Assembly: GCA_016748015.1 (NCBI GenBank)
Contig: JAAOMT010000227.1
Location: 183,239-247,238 of the forward strand
Direction of reading: 5' to 3'
DNA length: 64,000 nucleotides
Origin: Geosiphon pyriformis uo1
Lineage: Eukaryota > Fungi > Glomeromycota
Shown here: positions 26,326 through 38,846 of the stretch, piece after piece
How positions within the stretch are numbered: the stretch's first letter is position 1
How the letters are laid out: every line of letters begins with the position of its first letter
Notes under the pieces: generated by a model
Told to the model about the DNA's origin: nothing
What the model saw: the letters and a program-made list of their open reading frames with translations, nothing else
The model's database searches: none
Position numbers and translations under genes: made by a program

Positions 26326-26489
26326 AATATTCAAAATTTGTAATATATAAAATTTAATAAAATTTTATTTTTTATTATAAATAATATATTAAAAACACAT
26401 GTATATTAACCAATAAAATTTAATTATATAAATAAAAACACGTGAAGATCATCATTTAAAATTTCGGACTAATCTATATTTTTGATAAT

Positions 26490-28828
26490 TATAAATAGTT
26501 TGCATTATACAAGTTTTGTTTGTTTAACCACTTTTAAAATTACCAAGTCTTTGGTAGTTTCTAAGTTTGGTTCTCTTTCTGCTGCTGTTGTATTACATAA
26601 TGTGCTTTTAGATATATCTGCTGTTAATATTAAGACAGCTTTTAGTGTGTTTGATAATATTACTTATGTTATGCTGAAGCCTGCTAGTATTTGACAATAT
26701 GTAATTGTTTATTTTAAAAAGTTGAACATTGTTGTGTTCACTTTGAATTATTGATCAGTTTTGGTGGGCAAAGATAGTATTAGGATCTTTTCTTTAATAA
26801 ATCAAAATAAGACTATTTGTCTCATAATAAGTTTAAGACCAAGTTGTTCAATTTCCCCTTTGGCTGCACAGCTTTTAAAATTAGTAATATGATTTCTCAA
26901 ATTGGTGGTTGGACATGTTTTATTCTTTGTTCTTCTAATTCTGGTTGTTATTTTTAGTTTGTTTTGGTTATATTTGGTTCTCAAGTTGATTTAAATACTG
27001 TTACAAATAATTATTTGGGTGGTTGTGATAAATAACAAACCCATAATTTGGTATTTTATAGCTGGATGATATTGATGATTCTGAAAATTTTTATAATTTG
27101 AAGATTTTGGTTAAGTTTTTTGTATAATGAACAAAGATTCAATTATGTATTTTTAATTTCCTATGTTTTTGATTCAATAATCAGTTAAATGTTTACTATT
27201 TATAGCTTTTTAGAATATATTCTATCCAATTTCTGTCTTTAGCATAGTAACTAGTTTATTCTGACAGTTATGCTTTTTTAGTAAGCTATTCTTAATTTCT
27301 GAGTTTTATATCTTTATTTTTGGGTTTTTTATCAGACTATCCATAACATTAATAATTTAACACTTAATTTTTTTAATTAAATAATACACAACAAACAATA
27401 AATAAAAAATAAAAAATAAAAAAAAGTAAAAAAAAAAAGAATTAGTATTTTGTTAATAGCTGTAATCAAGAGCTATTGTTCTAGTATAGTTAAGTATTAG
27501 ATGTTATTAACATAGAATGTTGATAATAAAAGAGTGGTTACAATTCTTAATTAAATAATAATATCATAAATTAGATAATAATAAGTATGTTTTATTTGAT
27601 ATTCTAATGAATTCACTTTGGTTAATAATAACTATCTATAAAGTAAGAGTTAATTAATAAATAAGAAAAAGAATGCTAAATTAAAACTAAATTGAATTAG
27701 AATTTTTTTTTTACTTCTAATATTACTATTATATATACATAGTTTATATTATACAAAATTCCTGGAATTATGCAATTTCTTTAGAGAAATTCTGGAATTC
27801 TGAGATTCTGAAATTCTATAATTCTTAGTAAAAAATTCTGGGATTCTGGAATTTTAGAATTCTGGAATTTTTTTAAAGAAATTTTGAAATTTCTCTGTTA
27901 TTACACCTACTTTTGATTAACTATTCTTCTAACTATAATATTCCTAATTTTTATAAATAACAATACTGTAATACTCAAGACTGATATGCTAAAAAAGTGC
28001 TGTATCTGATAGAAAACTTCTAAAAATTGGTGCTGTTTTTGGAGCCAAGATTCAGATTATTTGGCTTTAAATTATAAAATGTCTTCATTTCTCCCTCCTA
28101 AAATTCTCAAAGTGTTCATTTCTTATGTTTTTAGTAATACATTGTATGTCAAAGCTGCTGTTTTTGTGCTTCTTTTGGTTTTTGGTCTTTTAATTGGTTC
28201 AGCTTTTTTTGCTAATATAATATCTGATGATTCTATAGTCTTTTTTCAATTAACTTCTTTGAAATTGAAATTGGCCAAGCTTTTTGTTTTGATCAATTCT
28301 ATTGTTAAGTCTGTTGGTTTCATGGTGAAAGTGTTTGAACAATTTGTAAATAGTAATTTGGTTTTAAATAGTGCTCTTGGCATTAAAGTCAATAAAGTTT
28401 TAGTGTATATAAATTTCTTCAGCAAAGCTGTTGATAAGCTAAAATGTAAGATGATTGCTTTAAAAACTGAATGTGGCTATGATAATATTAATATGTTTAA
28501 CTTTTATGTAAGTTTGTTTTTTTTTAATAATAATATGTTTTTTAATTTGATATTACTTTGAGAACATAAATCTGTTGTTGTTAAAACTGATGCTTTTAAA
28601 ACGACTAAGTGGTTGGTTGGATTAGTTAATAATAGTGCTATATTATTTGAAATTATTTAGAGAATGTCTTTTTTGGGTAAATTTTTTTCCAAAGTATCAA
28701 TATAATATAGTCTGAATTGGTTTAAATAGTTAATTATATGTAGAAAATGCATAAATTATATTTAAGACTAAAATACTTAGTTTGTTCCTAATTTTTAGAT
28801 AGTGATTGGGCCATACTTGTTAAATTTT
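26490..28828 (+). mobile_element. ORF1-only LINE derivative (HAL1-like), 5'-truncated; its A-tail continues at 45754-45766
   Basis: LINE ORF1-type sequence (VVLHNVLLDIS...IKTAFSVF, decayed knuckle) stops at 28705; about 110 nt of UTR ends in the LINE 3' motif GGGCCATACTTGTTAAA; no ORF2 sequence. Confidence 0.65.
26999..27962 (-). repeat. Solo LTR of the A/B family
   Basis: Reverse-complement LTR termini, the same GGAATTCCAGGATTCC array, and 4-bp TSD ATAC (26995-26998, 27963-27966). Confidence 0.9.
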
Positions 28829-31634
28829 TTTTTTTGTTTAACGAGTGAGGTCCAAACACTACCTAGAACAATACATTATAAAAGATCTAAATTAGGCATA
28901 AATCATACATTTTTTACATGTGACCAGCCATTCAGGCCGATCAAGACAATACTAAGCATCTATAATAACTGACACAGAATCTCCAATGTCCAAAAAAAAT
29001 AAACAAGATGTATGAAAGCCAAAGCAAATACCAAAAGCCTCTGCAATATTTAACAGCTTTATCACCTCAGCAGAGAAAGCTGAAGAAAGGCCATGCATCA
29101 GATTAGAAGCCGAACTATCACCAGGTATCAGGCCACACTTTTTCATCAAAGCACGATGACTCGCACGAACCAACCAAACCTCATCTCTAAAAGCAAGACA
29201 GAAATTTCACACAAATTCCACCACCTTATGATAAGCAATTTTGAAGTCACCGAAAACTGAGACTGCTTCCTGAAAACAAAGTTTGAACATAAAACCCTTA
29301 CAAAATGCCGAACACACCAAGGTGTCAGAGACACAAGAGAGCATAAGCTGTATAAGTTATGATGATGACCAAGATAAACCAGAGAGGGCTTCCCAGATAG
29401 CTGTATATGTGTTCAACAGCTGGGTGCGGATAGCAACATCAGCACCACATGAGAAAACATGATCAGAAAATTTGACTTCACCACAAAACAAGCACAAAAT
29501 ACTGGAATAAGACCTGCTATAAAGACGTTTACAAACAGCCATAGACAGCCAATAATGTAAAGCTTTCATAAAATAAGTACGAGCACCAGCAGAATGTTTA
29601 CCAGTGAAACCAGCAGCCATGTGTATATCAGGATGTCATACAAGCAAAGACCTATACCAGTCTATGTCATCATGCAAACTGGTGACTAAGACTTTAGAAC
29701 CAGAGCCAACTTCCCATTTAGCATGATGTACACAACGGAAAATATCATGAACAAAATGTCTAGAATTCCCAGAAACAGTCACACCATCTGCCAAAATATA
29801 GTACTTATTCAAACATAAAAGAAGGAAAAAATCAGACATAGAAACAGCCGCAGCAAGAGCATCTGTTTGCTCATTACCCACAACACCAGAATGTTCTTTA
29901 ACTTTAAACCAACAGATGTTCAAATTCCTATTATGACTCAAGTTAGAAATGTAACAGCATTCTAACCAGCATCAATTTCAAAAGTCTGGAATAACCAGAC
30001 TCAGCTCAGATTTGTATGCATCCAAAGCTGCTTAACTGTCAGAAAACAAATGAACAGAACTGGAGGAAGGAACACACTCAAGAGCCAAAGCAATAGTCTA
30101 CAATTCCACCATAGTAGAAGACACCAAACCAGATACTACAACACCTAAACCCAAATCAACACCATCAAAAAAAACGGCCATACTAGCCCACATGCCAACA
30201 GTACTCAAACCGGCCAAAGAACTATCAGTAAATACTGAAATAATATTGAAACTGACATCAAGCAGATGACCACAAATTGTATTAAATTCAATTGAATTCA
30301 GGACATTTCGAGGGACAACCCCACCAACAGGAGAAGACGGAACAGAGATGAGAGCCATCATATTAAGAAAAGCAACTGAAAGATCAAACCAAGCAAAAAC
30401 TGGCCCATGTAGATCCAACCTCTTCCAACATTTAAAAGTTGCCCAAGTAAAATTAGCACCCCTGCAGTTCTAAAGCTGGTCTACAAAAGCAATACCATAA
30501 TGCCGAAGAGATGGAAAACACCTAACAAATTTAGATTCACCAAGAACAGACACTATAGGAGTTTCATTCTGAAGACAAAAAGCATTGGCTCTGATACCAC
30601 CCAGAGAAAGATTATAACCATAAAAAATATAAACCAAGCCTGCTAAATAATTATTAGAAACACCAACACCAAAATGAGTAGGAAAACTCAAGGGATGAAT
30701 TGGATGCCAACATAAAACTTGCAAGTCATGAAATCTATGAGCAAACAAATGACCCAAAACACCAACTGAATTCGCAAAACAAACAACAGATGCCACTTTG
30801 TGCTCAGCCTGGATTTGCTCAAAAGGTTTCAAGTCATAAAATAAGGGGTAATACAGTGCATCATTGGAAAAATCTAAAGGCAGACCAAATTTTAATTTCA
30901 AACCCCTACGAATCATAGTATTTCATTTGTTGCACATACTAGGAGGAACAAAGCTGAACTGAGTTCTGTAATTTACAATAGGATGCAGAACCAAAGACAC
31001 CAAATACGAAAATTGTTTATCAAAAATGGTCTTTTTTAACACAAGATTAGCAAAAAACTTTGACATCCGAGTGAGCTTTGGCCAGACTAGGTTTAGAAAG
31101 GCCCTTAGTAGATAAAAAGATACCCAAATACTGATGAGATTCTCCCCTATTGGCTACAGAGATAGGTAATCCACTTATCAAAAGAGAGGAATTCGCAACC
31201 CAGCTGTTGATAGGAATGGTCACAATCTTATTATTGTTAATTGAAATGTCATTAATCTTGAAAAATTCACTAGCAACATTTAGAATGTGTTGTGTCACCA
31301 CCTGACTATTACTGACCCAAATTGTATCATCCATAAAAGTGCCAGCAGCAAAAAAAGAAGTTAACCCAGCTTAAGATTCTACATGACTATTCTTAGAAAC
31401 AAAATGAGAATTTAACCAGTATCTACACACACTCTCCTGTCTCTTGACTTTGCACAAAAGAGGATCATAAAATATTCGCCAAAAGAGAGGTGAGAAAACC
31501 TCCTCTTGGTCCAAACCATCATACACATGATAACTACTTGTCAACCCGAAATCGGTCATAACCCGGTTGGTCCAACCACCATGAATACTCCCAAAAAACC
31601 AAATAAACTTGCTACATATTTTGATTCTAACCAG

Positions 31635-32503
31635 TGTTACTCATAGAAATATAGGAAATATATTAACATAATTATTAGCCAATCAGAAGTAAGCATAGTA
31701 AAGGTAAAATTCCAGGATTTCTCTCAGGAATTGCAGAATTTCAGGAATTTCAGAATTCCCCAATGAGGAATTACAAGATTCCAGAATTCCAGGATTTCTC
31801 TTAAAGGAATCACAGGATTCCAAGAATTCCAGGATTTCTGTTGTGAAAAATTGAGGAATTGAGGAATTCCAATTATGTATATATAGTGGTAGTATTAGAA
31901 ACAGAAAAGACAGAATCGATACCACAGAATCCTTAGCCAAGAAACAAAATCATCAAATAAATAATTATTCCATATTTCAATCCACTCTTCACTATCAACA
32001 CTTTATGTTGATAGTAATTAATACTTAACCACACTGGAACAATAGCTCTTAATCATGACTATTGACGGAATATTAATCTGCCAAACTGCCTGGGCTTATT
32101 TCTTTTTTTTCTTTATTTTTTTTTATTTCTTCTCTTTATTTTTATTTGTTTTGATTGTTGTGTATACTAATTGATTAAAAAATTGAGCACTGAGTTATTG
32201 ACATCAAGGATAGCCTGGTAAAAGACCCAGAAATAAGGATAGAATTTTATATATTATTGGATAGCTTACCAGAAGGGCACGACTGCCAGACTAAATCTGG
32301 CCACCACGCTGAGAAAAAAATTGGAAAAACTCTTGGAAAGATATATCTACTATCAACACTATTGAATCTCTGTTCATTATACAAAAGACTCTATCAAAAT
32401 CTTCAGATACAACACTTTCAGAACATCATCAACAAAAGTAGCTTTTGAGCACCAAGTTATGGGTTGTTATTTACTTCAACAGCAGAAATAATCCCCTGTA
32501 ACA
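31635..32503 (+). repeat. 5' LTR of element B
   Basis: Direct repeat of 40927-41795. Confidence 0.96.
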
Positions 32504-32505
32504 TT

Positions 32506-32522
32506 TGGTGCTCCCTGTGAGA
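32506..32522 (+). promoter_or_regulatory. tRNA primer-binding site of B
   Basis: TGGTGCTCCCTGTGAGA 2 nt after the LTR. Confidence 0.85.
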
Positions 32523-32565
32523 TATAATCTTACAGAGAACCAGCATCAACAACACCAAACCAAAA

Positions 32566-35500
32566 GTGGCAGAATCAGAAATTATAGAAGCAAATCATTT
32601 AAGATTCACAAAATCCTTATTTCAATACTATTGTCAATACTTGGGATTAAACCACAATCATATATCTGCCGAATCAGTCTTCAATTTCTACGTCAACAAA
32701 AAGATTTCCTCTTTATTAAGAACACCAATGAATACTGAATCAGCAAAAGAAACTTTCTATAAGGAATTAATTCAAAACACCAACCTACTAACAAATCATA
32801 ATTTCACATCTATCATCACTAAGATTAACAAAGAAATTGAACATCACACTCAACAAAGATATTCAATTACATACATTAGTAAAGGCAAGGGAAAATTACA
32901 AACACCAGCAGTAACACCCAGAAAAATACAGCCACCTGCTTAGAAGAAAAACAGAGTTGAATCCCCAAGCAACTCATCCTACTACTATACACCTGGAAGT
33001 GCCATCAACATATCATCAACAGATGTGTTTCCATCAACTGAGACATCAGCATTTGGATAATTCCCATTCCAAAGTAGACAAAGGAAAACAGAATTGTTAG
33101 GACTATACGGCAAATACTTTGAGGGATTTAATTCGCAATTATCAATCTCATCAGGACTTCGATCATCACTGCCTTCACTAGATTTTGGAATCTCTGATCC
33201 ATGGGAAGCAGCAGAATCAGAAAAGAAGGAAGAAGAATCAGAAGATCAAGAATTCACTTACCAGCATCTGATCACTGAAAACCCGGAAGTTGAAACCCCA
33301 AACATTCAAACTCAGCAACATTTAGAAAATCCAAAAATCAAAACTCCAAATATTCGAATGCTGCCAAATCAAAGAAATCAAAACTCCGAATTAATTAATC
33401 AGCAAAACTTACCTCCGGTAATTTTCATCAATCAACTGCCAATTAATCCCATAGCCGAACCCATACAGCAGCCACTTCAGCTACCACCTCAACAACCAGG
33501 ACAACAACAACTGCTTCAACAGCCACCACAACCACCTAACTTAGATCCAATGGCCTACACACCAATCGCAAAACTTGACAACTTTACGGGCAAAGAAGAT
33601 GATGCTCAAGTATGACTGAATGATGTAGAAAAGGCCATCACAGCCAATGGATGGAATAACGCTCGAGCAATGCAAGCATTCCCTACTTTCTCAAAGATAC
33701 TGCCAATTCATAGTACCAAAGCTTGATTAATAAACCACAAGATTTTAATGCCTTCAAAGCAGAATTCCTAAGATACTTTAGCAACAATAACAGCATCAAT
33801 CACCTAGTCAATGTATTCACCAATATAAAACAAGGAGAAACTAAAGCAGTCACCACTTACCTGGGATGCTTCCATCAAAACCTATGCCAAATTCAAGCAA
33901 TTGACACCAACTATTTCACAGCACCACAGATACTTAATCAGTTTATCTGTGGTCTGCACAGCAGCATCTTGTAACATGTATGTCTGTTGCATCCAGGTAC
34001 TTTTCAAGATGCAGTTACATGTGCCAGAGATTTTGAATCCACTTAGTCAGAAGCTAACCACACCCAAGCTGTTAATCTAGTAATGAACAGATTATCTGAA
34101 CTGGATTCCAAATTGGAGAAGTTCAGTGAATCAATTAATAAGAGATTGGAAGAATACTTAGCTGACAATCATGCCATTTATCAGTCTCCACAATGATGCA
34201 ATAATCAAGGGAACTCTAATCATGCCCAAACTCAAACATGTTCATCTGCATTAACTAATCAATAGTGACAACAGGAAACACGTATCTGCCACTATTGTGA
34301 TAAACAAAGGCATATCCAAATTGACTGTTGCCAGCATTTAAATAACCAATGATCGGGAAATCAATATTGAAACCCCGATTGCCAGTTCCAAACTCCGAAT
34401 CATTATCCAAATCAAGGTCAAGACCAATATCAAAATAATTACCTGCCAATGATGCAGCAACCAATCTATCAACCACCAGTATATCAACCTTCGATTTATC
34501 AGCCGCAGCCACAAGTAATATATCAACCACAGCCACAAATCATCTATCAACCCCAACCAATTCAAACACCACCCCAGAACCCAGCTTAAATAACATCAGA
34601 CAACCTTTGATCCAGAGTCACTCAAAACTGGAGATCGGCGATGGTTGTTTACCAACTGATTCCCAGTTCGCTAAACCCACCATCAGGATCACACACCCAG
34701 AATTTGGATACCAGTCACATTCAAAACCCAAATTCCCAACACTATTTAAGTCTCCTGGTTAATCCAGAAGACACCACATCCAACAACACGGAATTTAATC
34801 AGCACATACCTACCAACACAATTCTACTGGCAACCATCTCTAGTGACAAATGCCTAGCAGCCATCTTTCCTTTCAAATTCAAAGAAAACACACTGATACT
34901 GTTATTCAGTAGAGCCGCTCTTGAAGAGAAACCCATAACAGCAATGTACATGGATGCCAGAGTTGATGGTCACCCCATCAAACTCATCTTAGATAGTGGA
35001 TCAGCTGACAGCATAATCACAAGACAGCTCATGAATCAATTAGGTCGCCGAGTTGATTGAGCTGCCAACACTAGAATCATCACTGCTGATGGCACCACAA
35101 AAACATCTATCAGCGAGATAGATGATTTCCCTATAGAAATTAACGGCATCATAGTACTAATCAAAGTCCTAGTAATGGACGCCACCTAATACCAAGCCCT
35201 AGTCAGTAATGACTGGCTGTCCAAAACCAATGCCGTGCTCAATTGGATGACCCAAGAATTAATACTCAGCCAGAATAAAAGACACACATGAGTACCAGCA
35301 ATGTGTGGCCACTTCAAGGCTACTAACAACACAGCACCACTAATCGACTTCGACGAGAAGAAACTGAAGCCAACTTGAGAAGCCTACCAAGTATCATAGG
35401 CTGATGAAGAGCACAATAAGCTGTCGCCAATACTCTTCTGGGACGACAACAACAAGGGAAAAAGGAAACAAAAGGAAGAACTTACTTGGGAAACCGATGA

Positions 35501-38500
35501 TCTGACATGGACTGACAATGATGAGAGCAAACTGACTTCAAGCTGGGAATGGAAAGAAGACAAAGAAAATAAAGAGAAAGGAAAAGGAAAAGAGACCACC
35601 CAAACCACCACTGCTTATAACACCTACACCATACCACAATGATCTACCTATCATTGACCTAAGCTGATATGTGTCAATTGTGACAAGAAATTGTTGTCAA
35701 TGGGTGTATGCTGTAGGAACAATGAGGAATATTTAATGACAATTAGGTTCTATTGCCACCCATGTGTCCTTGAATGCTTTGGAAGACCAAAACAAGTAGG
35801 AAAATGGGACAACCAGCCATGCTTAGCTTGTGGAGAGACTCTCTTGGACAAAAAAATGTGGCATGACATTCCTGGACATGGAGAAATGTGCGACGTAGAG
35901 TGTCAATACATGATTCTGATCAGCAACTGAATTAAAAAGAGAACACCAATTGAAACTGCTTGGCAAAGAGTAGTGCAACAATTAGACAGTTGTCCACATG
36001 ATGACGACAAAATTTGGAGAATGGCAACTGCCAAAATTGAAGGTGTGTTGCCAGAAGAAATCCAGACAATTAAAAACAACCCACCAGAATCCATCGAGCT
36101 TGACTGAGACGCAGAGCCAGTCATAAATTTTCTGGAACCAGAAGAGTTCTATGAACACTACCAAAACTTGGCACCCACTAGAGAAGAGCAAGAACAATGG
36201 CTAGCACAGTTAAATACAAGACTGTATCACCATTGTTTAATTTCCAGTGACTTTGAATATTGTGACAATTGTGACCTCATTTACAATCCACCACCACACA
36301 TGATCTACTTAATTCCTGAAAAAGAAGAACCAATCAGCAGCTGTGCATCGGAATTAGAATCACTGATCAATTGTGATTCAGACTCCGACGATAATGATGA
36401 AAACACCGGTTCTAGCTTCATTCAAAATGGCAATGATGACAAAAACAATTCAGACTCAGATTCAAACCCCACTTTAAACTATGAACAATACATTGCACTA
36501 CCAGATCTCTTCAAGGAACAAGAGTTGAAATAGTATAGTGACAATGGAAAAGGTATTATGCCAGAATGTGTGCATGATACTAATGCAGGGTTTGATCTGA
36601 GGTATCCAGGAAAAGAAACCATCAAATTGGAGCCACATTCACGCATCTGCATTGATCTGAAAATAGCACTAGAAATTTCAGCAACAACAATAGTTCAATT
36701 AGCATCTAGGAGTAGTTTAGCAAAAAGAGGGATTAATATAAGAAAAGGAATAATTGATGCGGGATATGTAGGAAATATCATCGCGATATTACAAAATGAC
36801 TCAGAAAAGGCCTATATAACAGAACTCAATGAAAAGATAGCACAGACAATATTCCTGCCTCTGGTTAGAATAGCTCAGTTAGTATCAGTGAGAAAGAGGG
36901 AGGAATTAGGAATAACAGTGAGAGGAATACAGAGATTTGGATCAATGGGTAGAATAGATGTACCAGTTAATATGGCAGAGGAAAAAATTGTTGGCCAAGG
37001 AGAAATTATCTCAACCAGTCAAGCTATTCCCATTCCACCATATAGCCAGTACATGCTAACAATAGGAAGGAAAAAAAAGAAGCAAGGACAAATTTTTGAA
37101 GCTGAAGCAAATCTTTGTGCATCAGGAAAGATTGGGTTGATTAATCTCCACATACTAGCCAAAGGCTATAGCAGCATAAAAATTCTCATCTACAACAATA
37201 CTGGCAATGTCATCAACATACCAGAAGGAACCACCATCAGATATTTAACCACAGAAATAGAAGACCAACTACCAAACCTCATTCTAGACTTTCCACAACT
37301 TTGTGGATATGTTGACATCACATTACAAACAATCTATAGACGAGACAAATGTTATTTGCTCCAACCAAAACAATTGGAACAAATGAACATGGGAAACTTA
37401 GATCTACTCTAATGTATGCAGCTCAAGATGTTACTCAACAATTTCAACAACATCTTTGCCAGTGAAAATGAGTTTGGCCAAACTGACATCATCCAGCATT
37501 AGATCAAGACTGGAGATGCAATGCCAATCAAACAAAGAGCATACAGAGTGCCACCAGCCAGCCACAAGATCATTTGTCAAGAGATAAACAGAATGCTTAA
37601 CAACAGGCTAATTCAACTATCAATGAGCCCATGGTCATCACCAGTGGTATTCATCCATAAGAAAAATGGAAAAATCTGGTTTTGTGTAAACTACAGGAAA
37701 CTCAATGGTGTAACTCATGGAGACAGTTATCCAATTCCATGAATACAGGAATTATTTGATGCTTTCAGTGAGAACAAATGGTTCTCAACATTAGATTTGG
37801 ACAGTGGTTACTGACAAGTAGCCATGAATCCAGCTGACAAAGAGAAGACGGCATTTACTACTAGAGAAGAGAATTTCGAATTTGAAGTGATGTCATTTGG
37901 CTTAACCAATGCCCCAGCAACTTTTCAATGGTTAATGGAAATCATTTACACTGGCTTATTGTGGAAATCAGTAGTTGTATACTTGGATGACACCAATGTA
38001 TTCTCAAAGACATTTGATGATCATCTTCATCATCTTCAACAAGTGTTCAAAAGACTAAGAAAAGCAAGACTAAAGTTAAATACAACAAAGTGCTTCTTCA
38101 GCAAGACAGAACTAAAATTCTTGAGACACATAGTCAGCAAAGATGGCATCAAAACGGATCCAGAGAAAATAAAGATAGTAAAGAACTTTCCAGTGCTGAC
38201 CAATATGACAGAACTGAAATCATTCTTGGGATTTATCAGCTACTATTGATGTTTTATCAAGAATTTTTCCAAGATAGTGCAGTCACTCAACCAACTGCAA
38301 AACAAAGATACAAAATATGAATGGACTGAAAGTCAACAAGAAGCTTTTGATATTCTAAAAAGAAAGCTTATACAAGCTCCAATACTGATTTATTCAAATC
38401 ACAGCAAACCATTCATCATCACCACAGATGCATCCGGCCAGGCATTAGGAACAGTACTATCTCAGAGAGGACCAGACGGCAGAAAACATCCAGTGGCATA

Positions 38501-38783
38501 TGCCAGCAGAGGTTTAACACTGGCTGAAAAGAACTATGGAACACTGCAAAAAGAACACTTAGCAATATACTGGTCAGTCATAAAATGGAAAGAATATTTG
38601 AGCCAGAAGTTTGAAGTGTACACAGATTACAAAAGATTAACATTACTTCAAAAACAAGAATTTGGAAATGGAAGACAGTCAAGATGGAAAATGTCACTTG
38701 CATCATATAAGTATACTATACATTATAAAAAAGGAAAAGACAATGAAAATGTGAACAGTTTATCGTGAATAAAACAAATCTAA
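32566..38783 (+). pseudogene. Gag-zinc knuckle-protease-Cys-rich-dUTPase-RT-RNase H polyprotein of B
   Basis: One reading frame apart from a 1-nt deletion near 33678; CHYCDKQRHIQIDC knuckle, LILDSGSADSII protease, VYLDDT RT, TTDASG RNase H; ends KQI-TAA. Confidence 0.93.
36558..36950 (+). pseudogene. dut: dUTPase domain within the B polyprotein
   Basis: All five trimeric dUTPase motifs: AGFDL, SRSSLA, GIIDAGYVG, KIAQ, RGIQRFGSMG. Confidence 0.92.
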
Positions 38784-38846
38784 GAACATTTCAACCCAAA
38801 AATATAACAAAACCAGAACAATACCAACAGAAAAATACAACAAAAG

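Noticed and set aside
31320-31345. F(V/M)DD instead of YADD at the LINE RT active site
   Set aside because: FxDD is normal for L1-type reverse transcriptases.
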